DNA of 64,000 nucleotides from Chrysomallon squamiferum (Eukaryota; Animalia; Mollusca): NCBI GenBank assembly GCA_012295275.1, contig CM022670.1, positions 32,984,001 to 33,048,000 of the forward strand, read 5' to 3'. Shown piece by piece: positions 1 to 13,155 of this stretch (position 1 is its first letter; each line of letters starts with the position of its first letter). The notes under the pieces were generated by a model. It saw only the letters and a program-made list of their open reading frames with translations, ran no database searches and was not told where the DNA came from. The position numbers and the translations under genes were made by a program.

Positions 1-570
1 CAATTAGAAGTAAAACCAAATCTCATCCATCGAGTTAGATATGTACGATAGTCCAAAATGTCGCTTTTGAATTCCAAAAGATATGCTATACTGTATGTCG
101 TTATCCCAGAAGCGGATGGATCATTTCAGGAAAGTGGGGACACCAGCACTGTGGTAGGATGAAACGAGTTTCGTTACATAACAAAAACACTAACAATAAC
201 AGTAATGATGATCAGGATGTTGGTGATGATGATGATGACGACGATGATAGGAACTTCGCCGATTGTGAAAACACTGGATGAGGAATTTGTTATGGTTCTC
301 TCTCGCTTGCATTAGCTTATGAACACTAAACATTTTTTATTTTTTAATATCAGTTGACAGGAATGGAGAAAAGGATTTATTTTATTGAATAGACTTAAAT
401 CAGACCATACTGAATTATAGGCCTAACTTAGTAATAATAATCGTCCGTCTTTTACTGGTTTTTTTATTTATTTATTTATTTATTTATTATTTTTATTCAA
501 TATTTATTTATTTATTTATTTATTATTTTTATTCCAATATTTATTTATTTATTTATTTATTTATTAACAG

Positions 571-627
571 ATCGCGACATATCTAAAGGTTCAGGCTTGA
601 ATACCCGAAGCTCCACGGAACTATATA
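571..627 (+). CDS. Cys-rich protein, penultimate exon
   Basis: AG at 569-570 after a (TTAT)n tract; gtaagt donor at 628; encodes xRDISKGSGLNTRSSTELY. Confidence 0.65.
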
Positions 628-2215
628 GTAAGTAGAATTTGTGGACAACCGTCATTTTCAGTTTCATTGTTAAAGATCTAAACAGAAAAACTATAATCAT
701 TCTTTTTTAAATGAACTGCTACAATAGTAAACTAAGAATATTTTGCCGGATTAGAAAATCAGGATTGAAAACTCTCAGAAGGATTAAAAAAGGAAAACGT
801 ACTTAATGTAGACTACTAAAACTAAAAGATATATTCACGTTTACATTAACAGAATATTACTTACCATGTCCTTGTAGTGCAATTTTTGATATTGCGGAAA
901 CACTAAAATATTACTTACCATGTCCTTGTAGTGCAATTTTTGATATTGCGGAAACACTAAAATATTATTTACCATGTCCTTGTAGTGCAATTTTTGATAT
1001 TGCGGAAACACTAAAATATTTCTTTTCACGAAATGAGAAGCTCTCAGTCTTTGTAAATGGATAAACTTTCCAAGTATATTATTGTATTAACAATTTCTGT
1101 TATCTACGCATTTCTTGTGGAACCACTGAAGGAGATCGTATCCCTTTTGAGGATCAGTGTTAAACTGAATAAATATTACTAGGAGACTGGCAAAATGAAC
1201 ATAAGAAATCTCTTGCTGTTAAGAGAAAAACAAAAATAGCCAACATATTCTATTTGAAATTGCAAATACATCAAACTGAAAAACTGATATGAGATACCAC
1301 AACAAGCTTTCACATCATTATGCTTTTCTATGCCGACATTGGGAATTGAACTGATTATCTAAAAAAAAAAAAAACCCAGACGATCTCATCAACAATTGGT
1401 GGTAGAGTGTGTTGAACTAATTGCTTCAACGCTGTACAGTGTTTGTTTTCAAATTAACCTAAATCTGGAGCACAAATTATGCCCCAACAGGAAGGTATTT
1501 ATGGGGATTCGACGTGCTGGAGTGTAGTGTTTACATTGTTAGGCGACCGAATTGAAACTGTCTTACTGTTTTCCATTATTTTTACATGGTCATGATAATC
1601 TTGCACTTTACGAAAGAAGCTACAGAAAATGTAGGCAATATTTTTCTTTCTTTATTTCTCACAATACCCTAATTTCAGAGCAATTTAAGAAGAATCACTT
1701 GTTTTATTAAAATAATCTTATATGTTTTGAAAGATGAACATTTTTTATATTTATTTATCTGAAATGTCAAAATTTCAAAAATAAAATAAATGTTATTAAA
1801 AGCTGATCCTTAAACATGTCATCATTATTACATAATCTTTCAATTCAATATATATTTCTAAAGTTAAAAGTTAAGTATCAACGTTCTTCTTTCTATCTGT
1901 CTGTTAGTCTGTTTTCTTTATGAGATCGTTGACTTTTTTGGCTTTTTCTTTCTTTGAATTTATAGATTAAATCATGATCTGATCAGTGAATATTGGTTTT
2001 TTCCATCATGAAATTTCATGAATATTTTATACCTAATAATTAATTTCCTTTTTTTTTAATTTTCAGGCTGCTACGTCGAGACCTGTGTGCCTGACTTTAT
2101 ATCCTGTGCTAAAAGGTCCCGGACCCAAAAGAGTTTCGCAAGCTGCAAACTGGATCACCGGTTATGTGCCATCAACTGCTGGACGCTTGTCAGTGGCAAT
2201 GTGCCCGGACTGTAG
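571..2215 (+). CDS. 3' part (last two exons) of an unrecognised small cysteine-rich protein; 5' exons uncertain or outside the window
   Basis: Exon 571-627 (taacag|...|gtaagt) joins in phase 1 to exon 2067-2215 (tttcag|, TAG at 2213-2215), giving ...RDISKGSGLNTRSSTELYSCYVETCVPDFISCAKRSRTQKSFASCKLDHRLCAINCWTLVSGNVPGL*. The other two frames of exon 571-627 contain stops. Six Cys spaced x4-x6-x12-x6-x3. Confidence 0.7.
853..1020. repeat. 54-bp tandem repeat, ~3 copies
   Basis: aatattacttaccatgtccttgtagtgcaatttttgatattgcggaaacactaa starts at 853, 907, 961; near-identical copies. Confidence 0.95.
2067..2215 (+). CDS. Cys-rich protein, terminal exon
   Basis: Poly-T/tttcag acceptor ending 2066; GC-richer than flanks; encodes (S)CYVETCVPDFISCAKRSRTQKSFASCKLDHRLCAINCWTLVSGNVPGL*. 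Confidence 0.72.
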
Positions 2216-3881
2216 AGGCACAAAGTTACTGCCCCTGAGTGACATTTGTGACTCCCTAACGGGGACTTGTGTACAAGCCAAATTAGGTCACGTGGGCATG
2301 ATCCAGGGTGACGGACGGATGCCTTATGACGACCAATTCTTTAACATGTGATTTCTCTCAGCTTTGCACGTTCTTCGTTATCTTATTATCATATTTCCTG
2401 TCATTCAGTATCAAACGTGGAACTACGTGTTACCAACTGTTTCCTGATATCGTTCTATAGTTTCCAAGTATATAATTATGAACATTTAAAAACTAATCAA
2501 CTTTTTTTTGAAGAAAAAACCGAAAAGTTTATTGTTGTTATATTAGCATTTCAGGCTTCTTTTAAAGAGTAAATAATATTTAATAACGGTAATTTCAAAA
2601 CCTGTTTTAGTTTGAATTAGGAAAACCAAATTAAATTAGTGTTGACATTCCATAACTGATAATATTTCTTTAATTCTAAATGCATATTGATATTAAAATA
2701 TGTAATCGTTGATCTGTATGATTGTTTTTCCTTCACTTATTTTTCAAACTTATTTCGTTAAAGACTGTTGGTAAAATAAAAATGCTAATTTCTGAGTTCA
2801 GTTAAAAAAAAAAAAAAAAAAAAAAATGCTATTTACTTTGTTGATTCAAAATTTTTGTATAGGCTATGTTCTGGAAAGTAGTCCTTGATTTGTGATTACA
2901 GTATCAGATGTCATTTCTTTGTTTTCTTCTTTTCTTCCTTCTGTCTTTACTTGCTTGGTATTTCTTTCCAACTTTGCTTTCTTTCGTTCTTTCTTTCTTT
3001 TCTTCATGTGATGCTTGTATTCAGTTTTTTCTAACATAACTTCTTTCATTCGTCATTTGACATCCAGTAAATTTGGTATTCAGCATTGCAAATATAAACT
3101 GCTTTAGTAATTATGATTAATACTACAAAACCAATGCAAAAAAATACAAAGGCATCAAGTTAAATTAGCTTTCTGTCGTTTTTTAATTTCTCTCGGAACA
3201 TTTTATGAAAACAAAACCCCGATCTAATTAACAACTGCAATAAAACAGTACGCAAGTGACGCAGAGAAATAAACTGGTAACATTTCGTTTTATTTAAAAT
3301 CAAAATCAAAATACAAATAGAAAAGTTAAATAGAAAATTGATCCCTCGATATTCATAAACTTCAGATACATCCATTACTGCAGTAACGTGAAATTTTCGA
3401 ATTCCGTTGTTTATTCATTTATAATATTAAAACATTTGGAAAACAGAACAAAATGGCAATTTGTAATCTTTTATACCGGGTTATTCAGTGGTGATTATTA
3501 GTTTAAAATTATGTTTGACTAAAAGGATTATTGATTTGTGTCACGGTCCGCTGGTTAATAAAATAGGCAGCTAATTCAACGTTTTAACATTTTATCCACG
3601 AAGACCTAAATTATTCTGCTAAGTATAATTAGAAAATTAAAAGATGTTAGAGTATGCGCCATTACCTTCTACATTAAACGAAAAACAATGAATAAGGTCT
3701 CGCAGTATAGTTTTGAAAAGAAATAACACTTTTTCACTAATTCTTCGTTAGCGTAAACCCAAATTAACCAAAAAAAAAAAAAAAAAATCGTTTATTAAGC
3801 TTTCTTCGAAATCATAGACTTTAAAAACACAAGCTGTAACTCCTAACAACACTATTAAATACCTTTTATGGTTTGAATGTG

Positions 3882-3987
3882 CATGGACGTCCGCAGAAAA
3901 TACCGATAGACGGAACGATAAATAGGAATGTGTTTGTACTGAATCACGGATAAATTAACTTTTTTCTTCGTTCTGCGGCCGTCCATG
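3882..3987. mobile_element. Short MITE-like element with terminal inverted repeats (hAT-like CA..TG ends)
   Basis: CATGGACGTCCGCAGAA at 3882 vs reverse complement of TTCTGCGGCCGTCCATG ending 3987 (17 bp, 1 mismatch); no TSD seen. Confidence 0.55.
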
Positions 3988-4249
3988 TATCACGGGCAAG
4001 GTAGATTTGGTTTGGTTAAAGGCAAAACTCAAAGCTCGCCACTCCTAAAGAATTGATGTTACTATCTAATATATATTTCGCTCTGTTGTTAGATAAATTA
4101 TGAAATGGATGTCGGTGAATCAATTAAGCTGTGTGTGTTCAGATGCACTATCTCTTTGTTGATTGCATTTTACCCGAAAAATACTGTTACATTTGGCACA
4201 AATAAAAGACAGAAACATCGACAAGCGTTGTCTTTTTCTTAAATATTTC

Positions 4250-4545
4250 AACGCCACCATCATCATCACCTTATCATCATGATCGTCGTTGTCGTCATCA
4301 TTGTTGATTATGATCATAATCATTGTCGTCATATTCATCGTCAACTGTGACGACATCATCATCATCATTTCATGTCAGTATCATCATCATCATCATTTTT
4401 TCATTATGTTACAGTAATGATGATCATCGTTATCATCATTGTCGTCATCATCATCATCATCATTATTTCATCTTCGTCACAATCGTTGTCGTCATCATTA
4501 CAACCATCATCACTAACAGTTATATCGTCGTCATTATATTTATAA
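4250..4545. repeat. Degenerate (CAT/CGT)n trinucleotide low-complexity tract
   Basis: catcatcatc/gtcgtcatca runs. Confidence 0.85.
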
Positions 4546-6067
4546 TTTTGTCTTAGTTCAAATGTATGGACAAGTTAAATTGCAAGTGGAATCATATAAA
4601 ATCAATTTCTTCGTTACTAACTTTAAGAAGTGAGAGACTTTGACAGTACATGATATTTTATTGTCACATTCATTGTTCCGTATTACAATAATCGTTTCCC
4701 TCGTCTTATTTAATGGTGAGTGATTGCATCATGTTAATGTTCACTACCGTCTTCACACAAAAGAACTTCCAGGTAATTATCAACAGAACTTATTTTCTTT
4801 ATTAGATTGTTTTCTATTTAATTTATATTTTAACGTGGATTATTTATTTATGACTTATTTCTTTATTTTTGTGTTTATATCTTAGATTTATTGACGGATT
4901 TTCCTAGCTGGGTTGAGGTTGTTCCCGGTTTCGATCCTGGTTCAATTCTCCATCTTTCTCCGTTTGGACAATTTCCAAAATCATTTTTTTTTTATATGTT
5001 TCATAATGTAGATATAATCGAAAAGGAGTACAAAACATTATAAATGCACTCTCTTTCAAGCATGATCGTTAATTAAATACATATCGAATGAGTCCTTAAA
5101 TATTTAACTTCTGCTGATGTCAAGATTTCAGCTGCAATGCATTTAATTTCTATCAGATTTAAAATGAAATGAGATGTTAAACAGATTTATGTTTACACCC
5201 GAATATATATACTGTATAGTGAATTTACTAATTTTCAGTTTAGAAAAACTGTTTAGATTAATTCATCGTTAAGTCATCAGCATGACTACAGATAATGACG
5301 AGAGGGATGTTCAGTTGTGATCAGTCAGATAAAGGAATAATATGCACAACCTTAGAAATCTGTGTACTGAGTTTGGTTCACGAAAGAAGTAATCAAAAAA
5401 AAAAAAACACTGAAGAAGAAGAGACGCACATTTCTCCATTTGAGCTGCTACTTTTTTTTTTTTCTATTTACAGAAATATAAATTTATGTGCACTTTCTCG
5501 TGGACACAAAACACACACCATGGCTTTTGATATAAAAACAAAATTTTAAAAATCGTAGGCGCTCTCAATGACGATACACAATGTCTCAGCGCTTTAATCA
5601 GTGAGCCACTTACTTGTCTGGAACGGGAAATAATTTACTTGATCCATAGATCATAGAATTATAATCTTAATATTTGTGACAAGATGATGAACATCATCAT
5701 CATATTTAGTTATTTTAATTACATTTATTTCTGCAATCATGAAATTTTACGAACTAAACATATTCGATCAGTTTTTTGTTGCATTTAACGGTCTTCTGTA
5801 GAAAATACCGCCATTAAAACTACAAATATTTAATATCTGTTGCTTTAAGTGATCAGTTATTTCGTTTCCGTAATCGGAACAAGTAAAACATTGTATGTTT
5901 GTTTAAGAAATGAAAACAAATGAAGACAGTGACAGAAAATGTTTATCAGACGCAACCAGTTTCACAAACTACTATTTATTCATTAAATGTGATCATTAAC
6001 AGTTTGTTAGATCATCAAAACAACTAAATGTCACAAACAGGAAAATAGCTGAAGTTTTGCTGTTAAT

Positions 6068-6195
6068 CCTACTACTACTTCTACTTCTACTACTACTACT
6101 ACTACTACTTCTACTACTACTACTACTACTACTACTTTTAACAATTATTGACACACTGTTATTATGTTGCTAATGTTTTTTTTTATTATTATTAT

Positions 6196-6245
<50 letters not shown>

Positions 6246-6306
6246 TTGAGAAAATGATGATGATTACGATGATGATGGATTTGCAAGTAAACAAATACAC
6301 ATTAAT

Positions 6307-6356
<50 letters not shown>

Positions 6357-6362
6357 AATAAC
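6068..6362. repeat. Compound (TAC)n, (TAG)n, (TAA)n microsatellites
   Basis: Visible directly. Confidence 0.9.
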
Positions 6363-6783
6363 GGCACGGCAAATACGACAGCTAAAATAATGTACACGGG
6401 TAAAAAATGCCAATAATTATTTAATAACGACCTTGAAGAAGAAGAAGAAGAAAAATAACAACAACAAGGCGTTAATTGAGCTCTTCACTTGATATTGATT
6501 TTTAGGGCAATGGCTGAAAAAAAATATATATAAGTGACAAAAATCTCACGAAGCCTAAGCATTCTTAATTTAGAATTAATCTCGAGACATCTTGAGTAAT
6601 CGTTTTGTAAAAGGTTAATCTATTGTTATTCCGATTTTCGATAAAGAAACATCTTTCTCATAAATTTGTTTACTCATTTAACTACAGTTGATTAAAAATT
6701 TAATACTTATAAAGTAAAACGGCCCACTCAAAAAATGTTCCCCTACTTTTTGGTATTTTATATTATTTTATAACGCTATTGTA

Positions 6784-6785
<2 letters not shown>

Positions 6786-6856
<71 letters not shown>
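6786..6856. repeat. (CT)n microsatellite
   Basis: Visible directly. Confidence 0.97.
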
Positions 6857-6860
<4 letters not shown>

Positions 6861-6960
6861 GAATATACGCTTCAGTATTGGAGAGAAACAATTTATGCTG
6901 TTCATTCCTCTGAAAATCGACAGAAATTTTATTTACTCATTTACATATAAAATTATTACG

Positions 6961-6999
6961 ACACACGCTCACACACACACACACACACACGCTCACACG

Positions 7000-7083
<84 letters not shown>

Positions 7084-7201
7084 CACACACACATACACGC
7101 TCACACACACACACACACTCACACACACACACACACACACGCTCACACACTCACACACGCTCACACACACACACACGCTCACACACACACACACGCTCAC
7201 A

Positions 7202-7241
<40 letters not shown>

Positions 7242-7384
7242 CACACACACACACATGCTCACACACACACACACACACACTCACACTCACACACACACTC
7301 ACACAAACACACACACACACACACACACACACGCTCACACACACACACACACTCACACACACACACACGCTCACACACACACAC

Positions 7385-7416
<32 letters not shown>
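6961..7416. repeat. Long interrupted (CA)n microsatellite with recurrent GCTCA/CTCA interruptions
   Basis: Visible directly; source of the THTH and VCVC ORFs. Confidence 0.97.
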
Positions 7417-7422
<6 letters not shown>

Positions 7423-10400
7423 TAAACCAGTTGACGCACTGACGTTGAGAAAGAACCTGTAATGGTTCGTTTTATTTAAAAAGAATGAATAAAATGTAAA
7501 TATCAAACTTATTCATAAATTTAAGACAAATCCATTACTGCAGTCATTTGAAATTTTCGAATTCTATTTCTTTTTATTTATAATCTTAAAAGACGCACCA
7601 CATACACTCTCACCCACGCACACACGTAAGCACTGACGGTCCGACACCTATATCTGTTATCATACTACGACTACCTCCATAATCACTGCTATAGATGCTA
7701 CTACTCCTTCTAATACTGCTATTACGTCTACTACTACAACTACAGTTATACTACTACAGTTTATACTGCAATTACTTAGCTTTTGGTATTGTAACTTAAT
7801 ATCACCTTTCATTTGCTACACCTAAGGTCAAGGTCAAATAAGACATTTCGACGTATTTCCACAGTAGCACAGTTTTCGCACACCTTATACATCTATTTTT
7901 ACGAATATAAAAATATCACTGACATATAAAAGCTTACAAAGCACGCACACACATATACACCTCTGCACTAGTTAATTATTTAAATCACCTGGCGGATTGG
8001 GTTTCATTTTGAGTCATAACATAGTTAAACCATTCACATGGACGTGGAAAAAAACGCGGTGAACGCGTTCTAATGGAAAATAGAAAGCAATTTAGTTGAA
8101 ACGTGGTAATAAAATTAATGCTGATTTATGTCCCTGTTCCAGTCTACAATCAAAACAATCACTTGAGTCATGAAAAAAACTTTTTTATTTTATTTTTTTC
8201 CCCCACTCTTTCTTTTGATTTCCTATTAGGTTCAAACGCTTACAAGGATTATGTTTCCATAAAGCATATGCACTCTAGGACTGCTTCAAGAAAACTGATC
8301 ATCGGCGTTAATGTTGTTTTAAGCATTAAAATCTGATAATTACATAAGCGTGACATTTTACATAGTTCTTCGTAATATATAGTATTACTGTATAATTTTC
8401 CTACATTAAAGTAACAGTATTCTATAAACTCACGGGTGAAAATCAAGAATCTCTTTTATTAAACGTTAATACATAAGCTGTTGTATTTATATTGAAGTGT
8501 TAAACATTTCTTTAAGCTTTCACAGAGCTTTTCTTTAATTAAAATCTGTAGAGGCTTAATAATTGCATTTCTTTTTTTTATTTCTTTATATTTAGCATAT
8601 CATAAATAAATACAGTTTTTATGCACAGCGAGAAATAAAAGAAAATGGCACCCATGTAGGGTGTTTTTCTGTTTGATTATATTATATAACTACTGGTTCT
8701 AGAAATGAATTTTTTGATCAAATACAATAACTTTCTTGATGTTATTATTTAAATTTAAAAAATGATTTTTCTTTTCCAGGTATCTGATTCGAAAAAACAA
8801 ACAACCCAACGATAAACAATTTCTACATTATAAATCCAAAAATCTTTTCTGAAATCTGTCTTTTCACCCTTTTGATACAATTTACATTTTTTTCCTAACT
8901 ATTAATTAACTCCAACAGAAACTGGTTGGTAATAACATCAATTATCAAGCTCTGATTCAAATTTTTCTATACTTGTTTTAGACTGTCACATCTTACGACT
9001 AATTTATCAAGAATCCTGATATATTTCAACGGGAAGGTGCATGAAAAAGATTCTTACAGCTAACGGGAAAGGAGTAGACCTCTCACGTGTTATTTGCATG
9101 GATCTTAACTGTAAATGTGTTAAACACAGGCTATATATGTCTTAAATTAAACATTGCCTCGTTTCTTCTTGTAATCTGAACATTTCTGAAACACAAACGT
9201 CTGCTAATACGTCCTTCACAAGTACACTTTCATCTTCGTTTCTTTTTCAGAATTCGATCTTAATGACAGTTTTCCTATAGTCTGTAATAATAGTAACAAC
9301 AATAAGAAAAATAAATTTCAGAAAAGAAAACAAATTAAGATTTTTACGAAATTATTGATTTATTTCTTATTTTTAAAAAAATATTTTCAAAGATTATTAT
9401 TATTGTTGTTGTTGTTGTTTGTTTGTTTTTCTTATTACTAAATAAAATCCAATTATTTCAGTTTATGACAGAAGGTATAATTTCGTTTCAGTTGTACATC
9501 TGGTTCTTTTTCATATATACATAGAAAACATTATTTGCGTTCCCATTAAATGATAATTTATGTTTGCATCAGAATGAAAATATCTGATTGCATTTTAATT
9601 ATATTTTCAAAAACTAATCAAATATAATGATCGTGGAGGAGGAAAGAAAAATAAAAAAGAAGCAAAAAAAAATATGAAAGAAAATATAATTCAAAAACAA
9701 GAAGAAAAATAAATCCCTCAAAAAATATCGTGTTGCAGTTAGAGAGAATTCATTATACACGTTATTTCAATATGACTCATTTTAAAATAAATTATATTAT
9801 TAATTTGATCTTTTTTTTTTTAATAAGGTAATTTTTTTTTACATCAGTTTAGAAAAAACCTAAATTGATTTATGAATAAATAAATCCTTTTGAAAGTAAT
9901 AAAAGCTAGTTCAAAATAATTTTCATTACAAAAATTTGCTTTTAAAAAAATAAATAATGAAAAAAATATTAACAGATATTTGTCTAGACCTACTCACAAA
10001 TAACGACAAAAAAAAAAAAAAAAAAAAAAAGAAAAGGAATAAAAAAAACCTAAACAAAACAAACAACCACAACAAAAATAATATAAAATAAAATGAAATA
10101 AGTAATAATAATATTAACAATCAGACAGAATAACATACATACTCACAAATACACACAATATATATATAAAAAAAATAATCATTAAAATTGTTCACCTAGG
10201 CTGCACCATTTTAAGTGACGTTAATCTTTATTAAAAATCGTTCACATTAATTTATCTGTTAAATGAAATACAAATTTTTGAGTTCATTGCATCACGTATT
10301 CTTTTCCTTGATTAAACATTGGCCATTTTCTCGAATATTGATATAGCAATTCAGTGGACATGAATAAAATGAGCGTTTATTATTTTGAAATTCTATTTGT

Positions 10401-13124
10401 TTTCCGCAAGATATTTAAAAAACCCACAAAAAACCACAAAAAAACCGAGTGAAAAAAATGACAGCAGAAAAAAATAAGAAGAAATAAATAAAAAATAAAA
10501 AAGAAATAATAAAAAAAAAAAAAAAAAAAAAAAAAAAATGAGATGAAGAACGAAAACAAAGATGGCGAGTTGCGACTGTGTGGTTGTAACAGCCTCTCGA
10601 GCCACGTCAGGTCTCAGGTCAGTTCCTCAAGCACGTGTTTTTATCGTTCTCTCCAGGGCTCCAGGACTGTTTTATCAAAGGTCATCCATCGGACGTGTCT
10701 TATCATCTCACTGAATAGAACGTGAATAGTCCGTGTTAGCTTCACAAGTCCATTTAGTTTCACAGCTTGTTACCTCAGCTCATATCATTATAAATATATG
10801 TCATGTCTTTGTCCGAATGTTTGTCTGTCTGTCGGCGTGTCAGTGTGTTTGTCAACCTACCTACCTACCTACCTACCTGCCTACCTGTGTCTGTCTACCT
10901 ACACATCTATCTAAGCACCTACCTAACCTATATTCTTCCCTTCTTTTTCTGTCGACACTATCGTTTTAACACTCTTTGTTTTTTCTTGTTTTTTTATGTA
11001 TTTGTGTATATGTGCGTGTGCGGGTGCGTTTAACGTAATAAGAATAAAAGTCGATAAATAAATATTCAATAATTCATTATAAAAATCTAAATAATAATAC
11101 ATGTACTTCGATTTTAGTTCAACTAGACTGCTAATGTCTTTACTAACAGAAGCAAGTTAACGTTAATCGGTATGGATTGAAATCATGGAATTACCTCTAA
11201 AAACCTATTAATAATATATTTCGTAATCTGACATTTACAAACAACAAATCTCCAGGAACGAAAAACATTAGACGTAGGTGTCATTTTATTTTAATTATAA
11301 CTAAGCATATTATTCAATCTGATATTAGAAAAAAAAGGCTTTAATTGCATTCCCAAAATACTCCTGAAATATGTTACAATATGATTTAAGCTGCATTAAT
11401 CAGGTTTAATATAATTTTGTCTACGAAAAAATGTTACGTAATTATAAACATCCCATGTTATCACTTCTTCATCTTGTCCTTGAAATGACAAAATCATACA
11501 ACAGTGAGATATCTTTTAATCCTGTTAGATTACATTGGAAATGATACAAAATAATTCTGGTTAATTCTGGTTAAATCGGAGACTGAACTTTGGGGAAGAA
11601 AAAGACTAAGTTTTGAAATGAAAACAGTAGTAAACATAACGTCAGTTTATAAAGGAAAGGCCACAGGTGACATTTCCAGGTGTTTTTTGTTGGGTTTTTT
11701 TCCAGGAAAACTGTGGAAAGCATATTTAACAATAACTGAAAGTGAAATGATGGGTCCATTTATCTCGTGAGATATGAGGATTCAAATAGCAAATTTGTCA
11801 TTTACGATATTTTCTATAAAATAGTGGAGTGTTAAATACATAAAGTTACAGCACCAAAATGTTCATAATTCACTGATGATGACAAGCTAAAAATAACATG
11901 TTTCCAATGCGGCGTTCTTCCTTTACTTTGTCCCTTGCATACATCATGGGTTAGTCGGGTATGCCTGCAAATAATCACGGATCAAAATGCTCAAGTTTTC
12001 AAAAGTCAGATTACCACGAAATTCATACCCACTCTACCAGAGGTTAAAATAAAAGTTAATAAAAAACAAAAGTTTCATGTAATAATCATCATACGAGGCA
12101 AATGTGTTGCTTTGCTTATTCAATAAAAAAAAAAAAAAATCAAACAATTGTTTTTAGCTTAATTGTAATTATTATTAATTATTATTATTATTTTGTTTGT
12201 TTGTTTGCTTTTTTTTTTTTCTTTGTATCCTTTTGCAACATATTTTCAACTAAGTAATGCAATAAGCTATGAATAAAATGATGGCGTACATACAATCTGC
12301 AACGCTTAATTTTTATTCTCAATTCTCATTTTCTCGGAGATTGTTATAATTAATCTGAAAGATTTAAGGTGGCCCTGAACTGTGTTATGTCTTGCATACT
12401 TGTTTTAAATTAACGTGCATGCAAACAAGTCAGAAAGCAAATTTAATTAGAAAGCCAAACACAAACATATTTCATTCTACGTTTTGGACAAACGAAGCAC
12501 GGATTTCAGTTTAAGATATATTTTTAAAAACAATCCGCTGACCGATTTCGTCAAGTTTGCTGGAATTACTCTATTTCTGGTTACACCTTTCAGACAAATT
12601 TAATTGTCTAGCGGCTTAAGAAAAACAGTTTTTATTTACACATATATTTGTTACTGCATTTTGTAGACATGTTGTTCCTTTTTTAAATTCGCAAATAAAT
12701 GAAACCTTCAGAACGACGGGGTCTTATGTTCAAGAAAATAATTATCTTTAATAATAATAAAAAAAATAATAATACTGATGTAGAAAGATATGTCAACTAT
12801 ATTTTATTTTGCTCTCATGTAATACTATATTAGAAATGAATGTTATTTAAAAATTGTTTTAAATTAATATTTTTCCTTTTGGTTTTTCTTTATGAATGAA
12901 ATTAATTTATTTTGAAATTTATATTTAAAGCGAAGATCATTCAGAAATCATGCACCGTTATTGAGACAAACGAGTCTATAAACGTTTATAATTAAAAAAC
13001 GACAAAGATACTTAAACAATTCACTTTAATTAAAAAATAATTACTGAATAAATATCTCAGGTCGTAAAAAGAATACTGCTAATCATGGCTACAAAAATTT
13101 GATAATATCTTTGAAGGAATCAAC

Positions 13125-13155
<31 letters not shown>

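Noticed and set aside
39-280. Open frame with an Asp-rich stretch at the window start
   Set aside because: Mostly (GAT)n microsatellite; no suitable donor links it to exon 571 except the uncertain 110-153 segment.
2112-2145. SRTQKSFAS resembling the N-terminus of Lymnaea sodium-influx-stimulating peptide as I recall it
   Set aside because: Short match; the cysteine framework and context differ, so it is likely coincidence.
2085-2351. ORF-track 88-aa protein MCLTLYPVLK...
   Set aside because: Starts at GTG, and is in a different frame from the one set by the acceptor at 2066 and the upstream exon phase, which gives the six-Cys peptide.
4905-4950. B-box-like GTTTCGATCC as a tRNA gene
   Set aside because: No cloverleaf or proper A-box; at most a SINE scrap.
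6895-7506. Long THTH and VCVC ORFs
   Set aside because: Translations of the (CA)n microsatellite.
12364-12730. Possible TTAA-type (Kolobok-like) MITE
   Set aside because: Starts ttaaggtgg and has MITE-like internal words, but no convincing matching right TIR.
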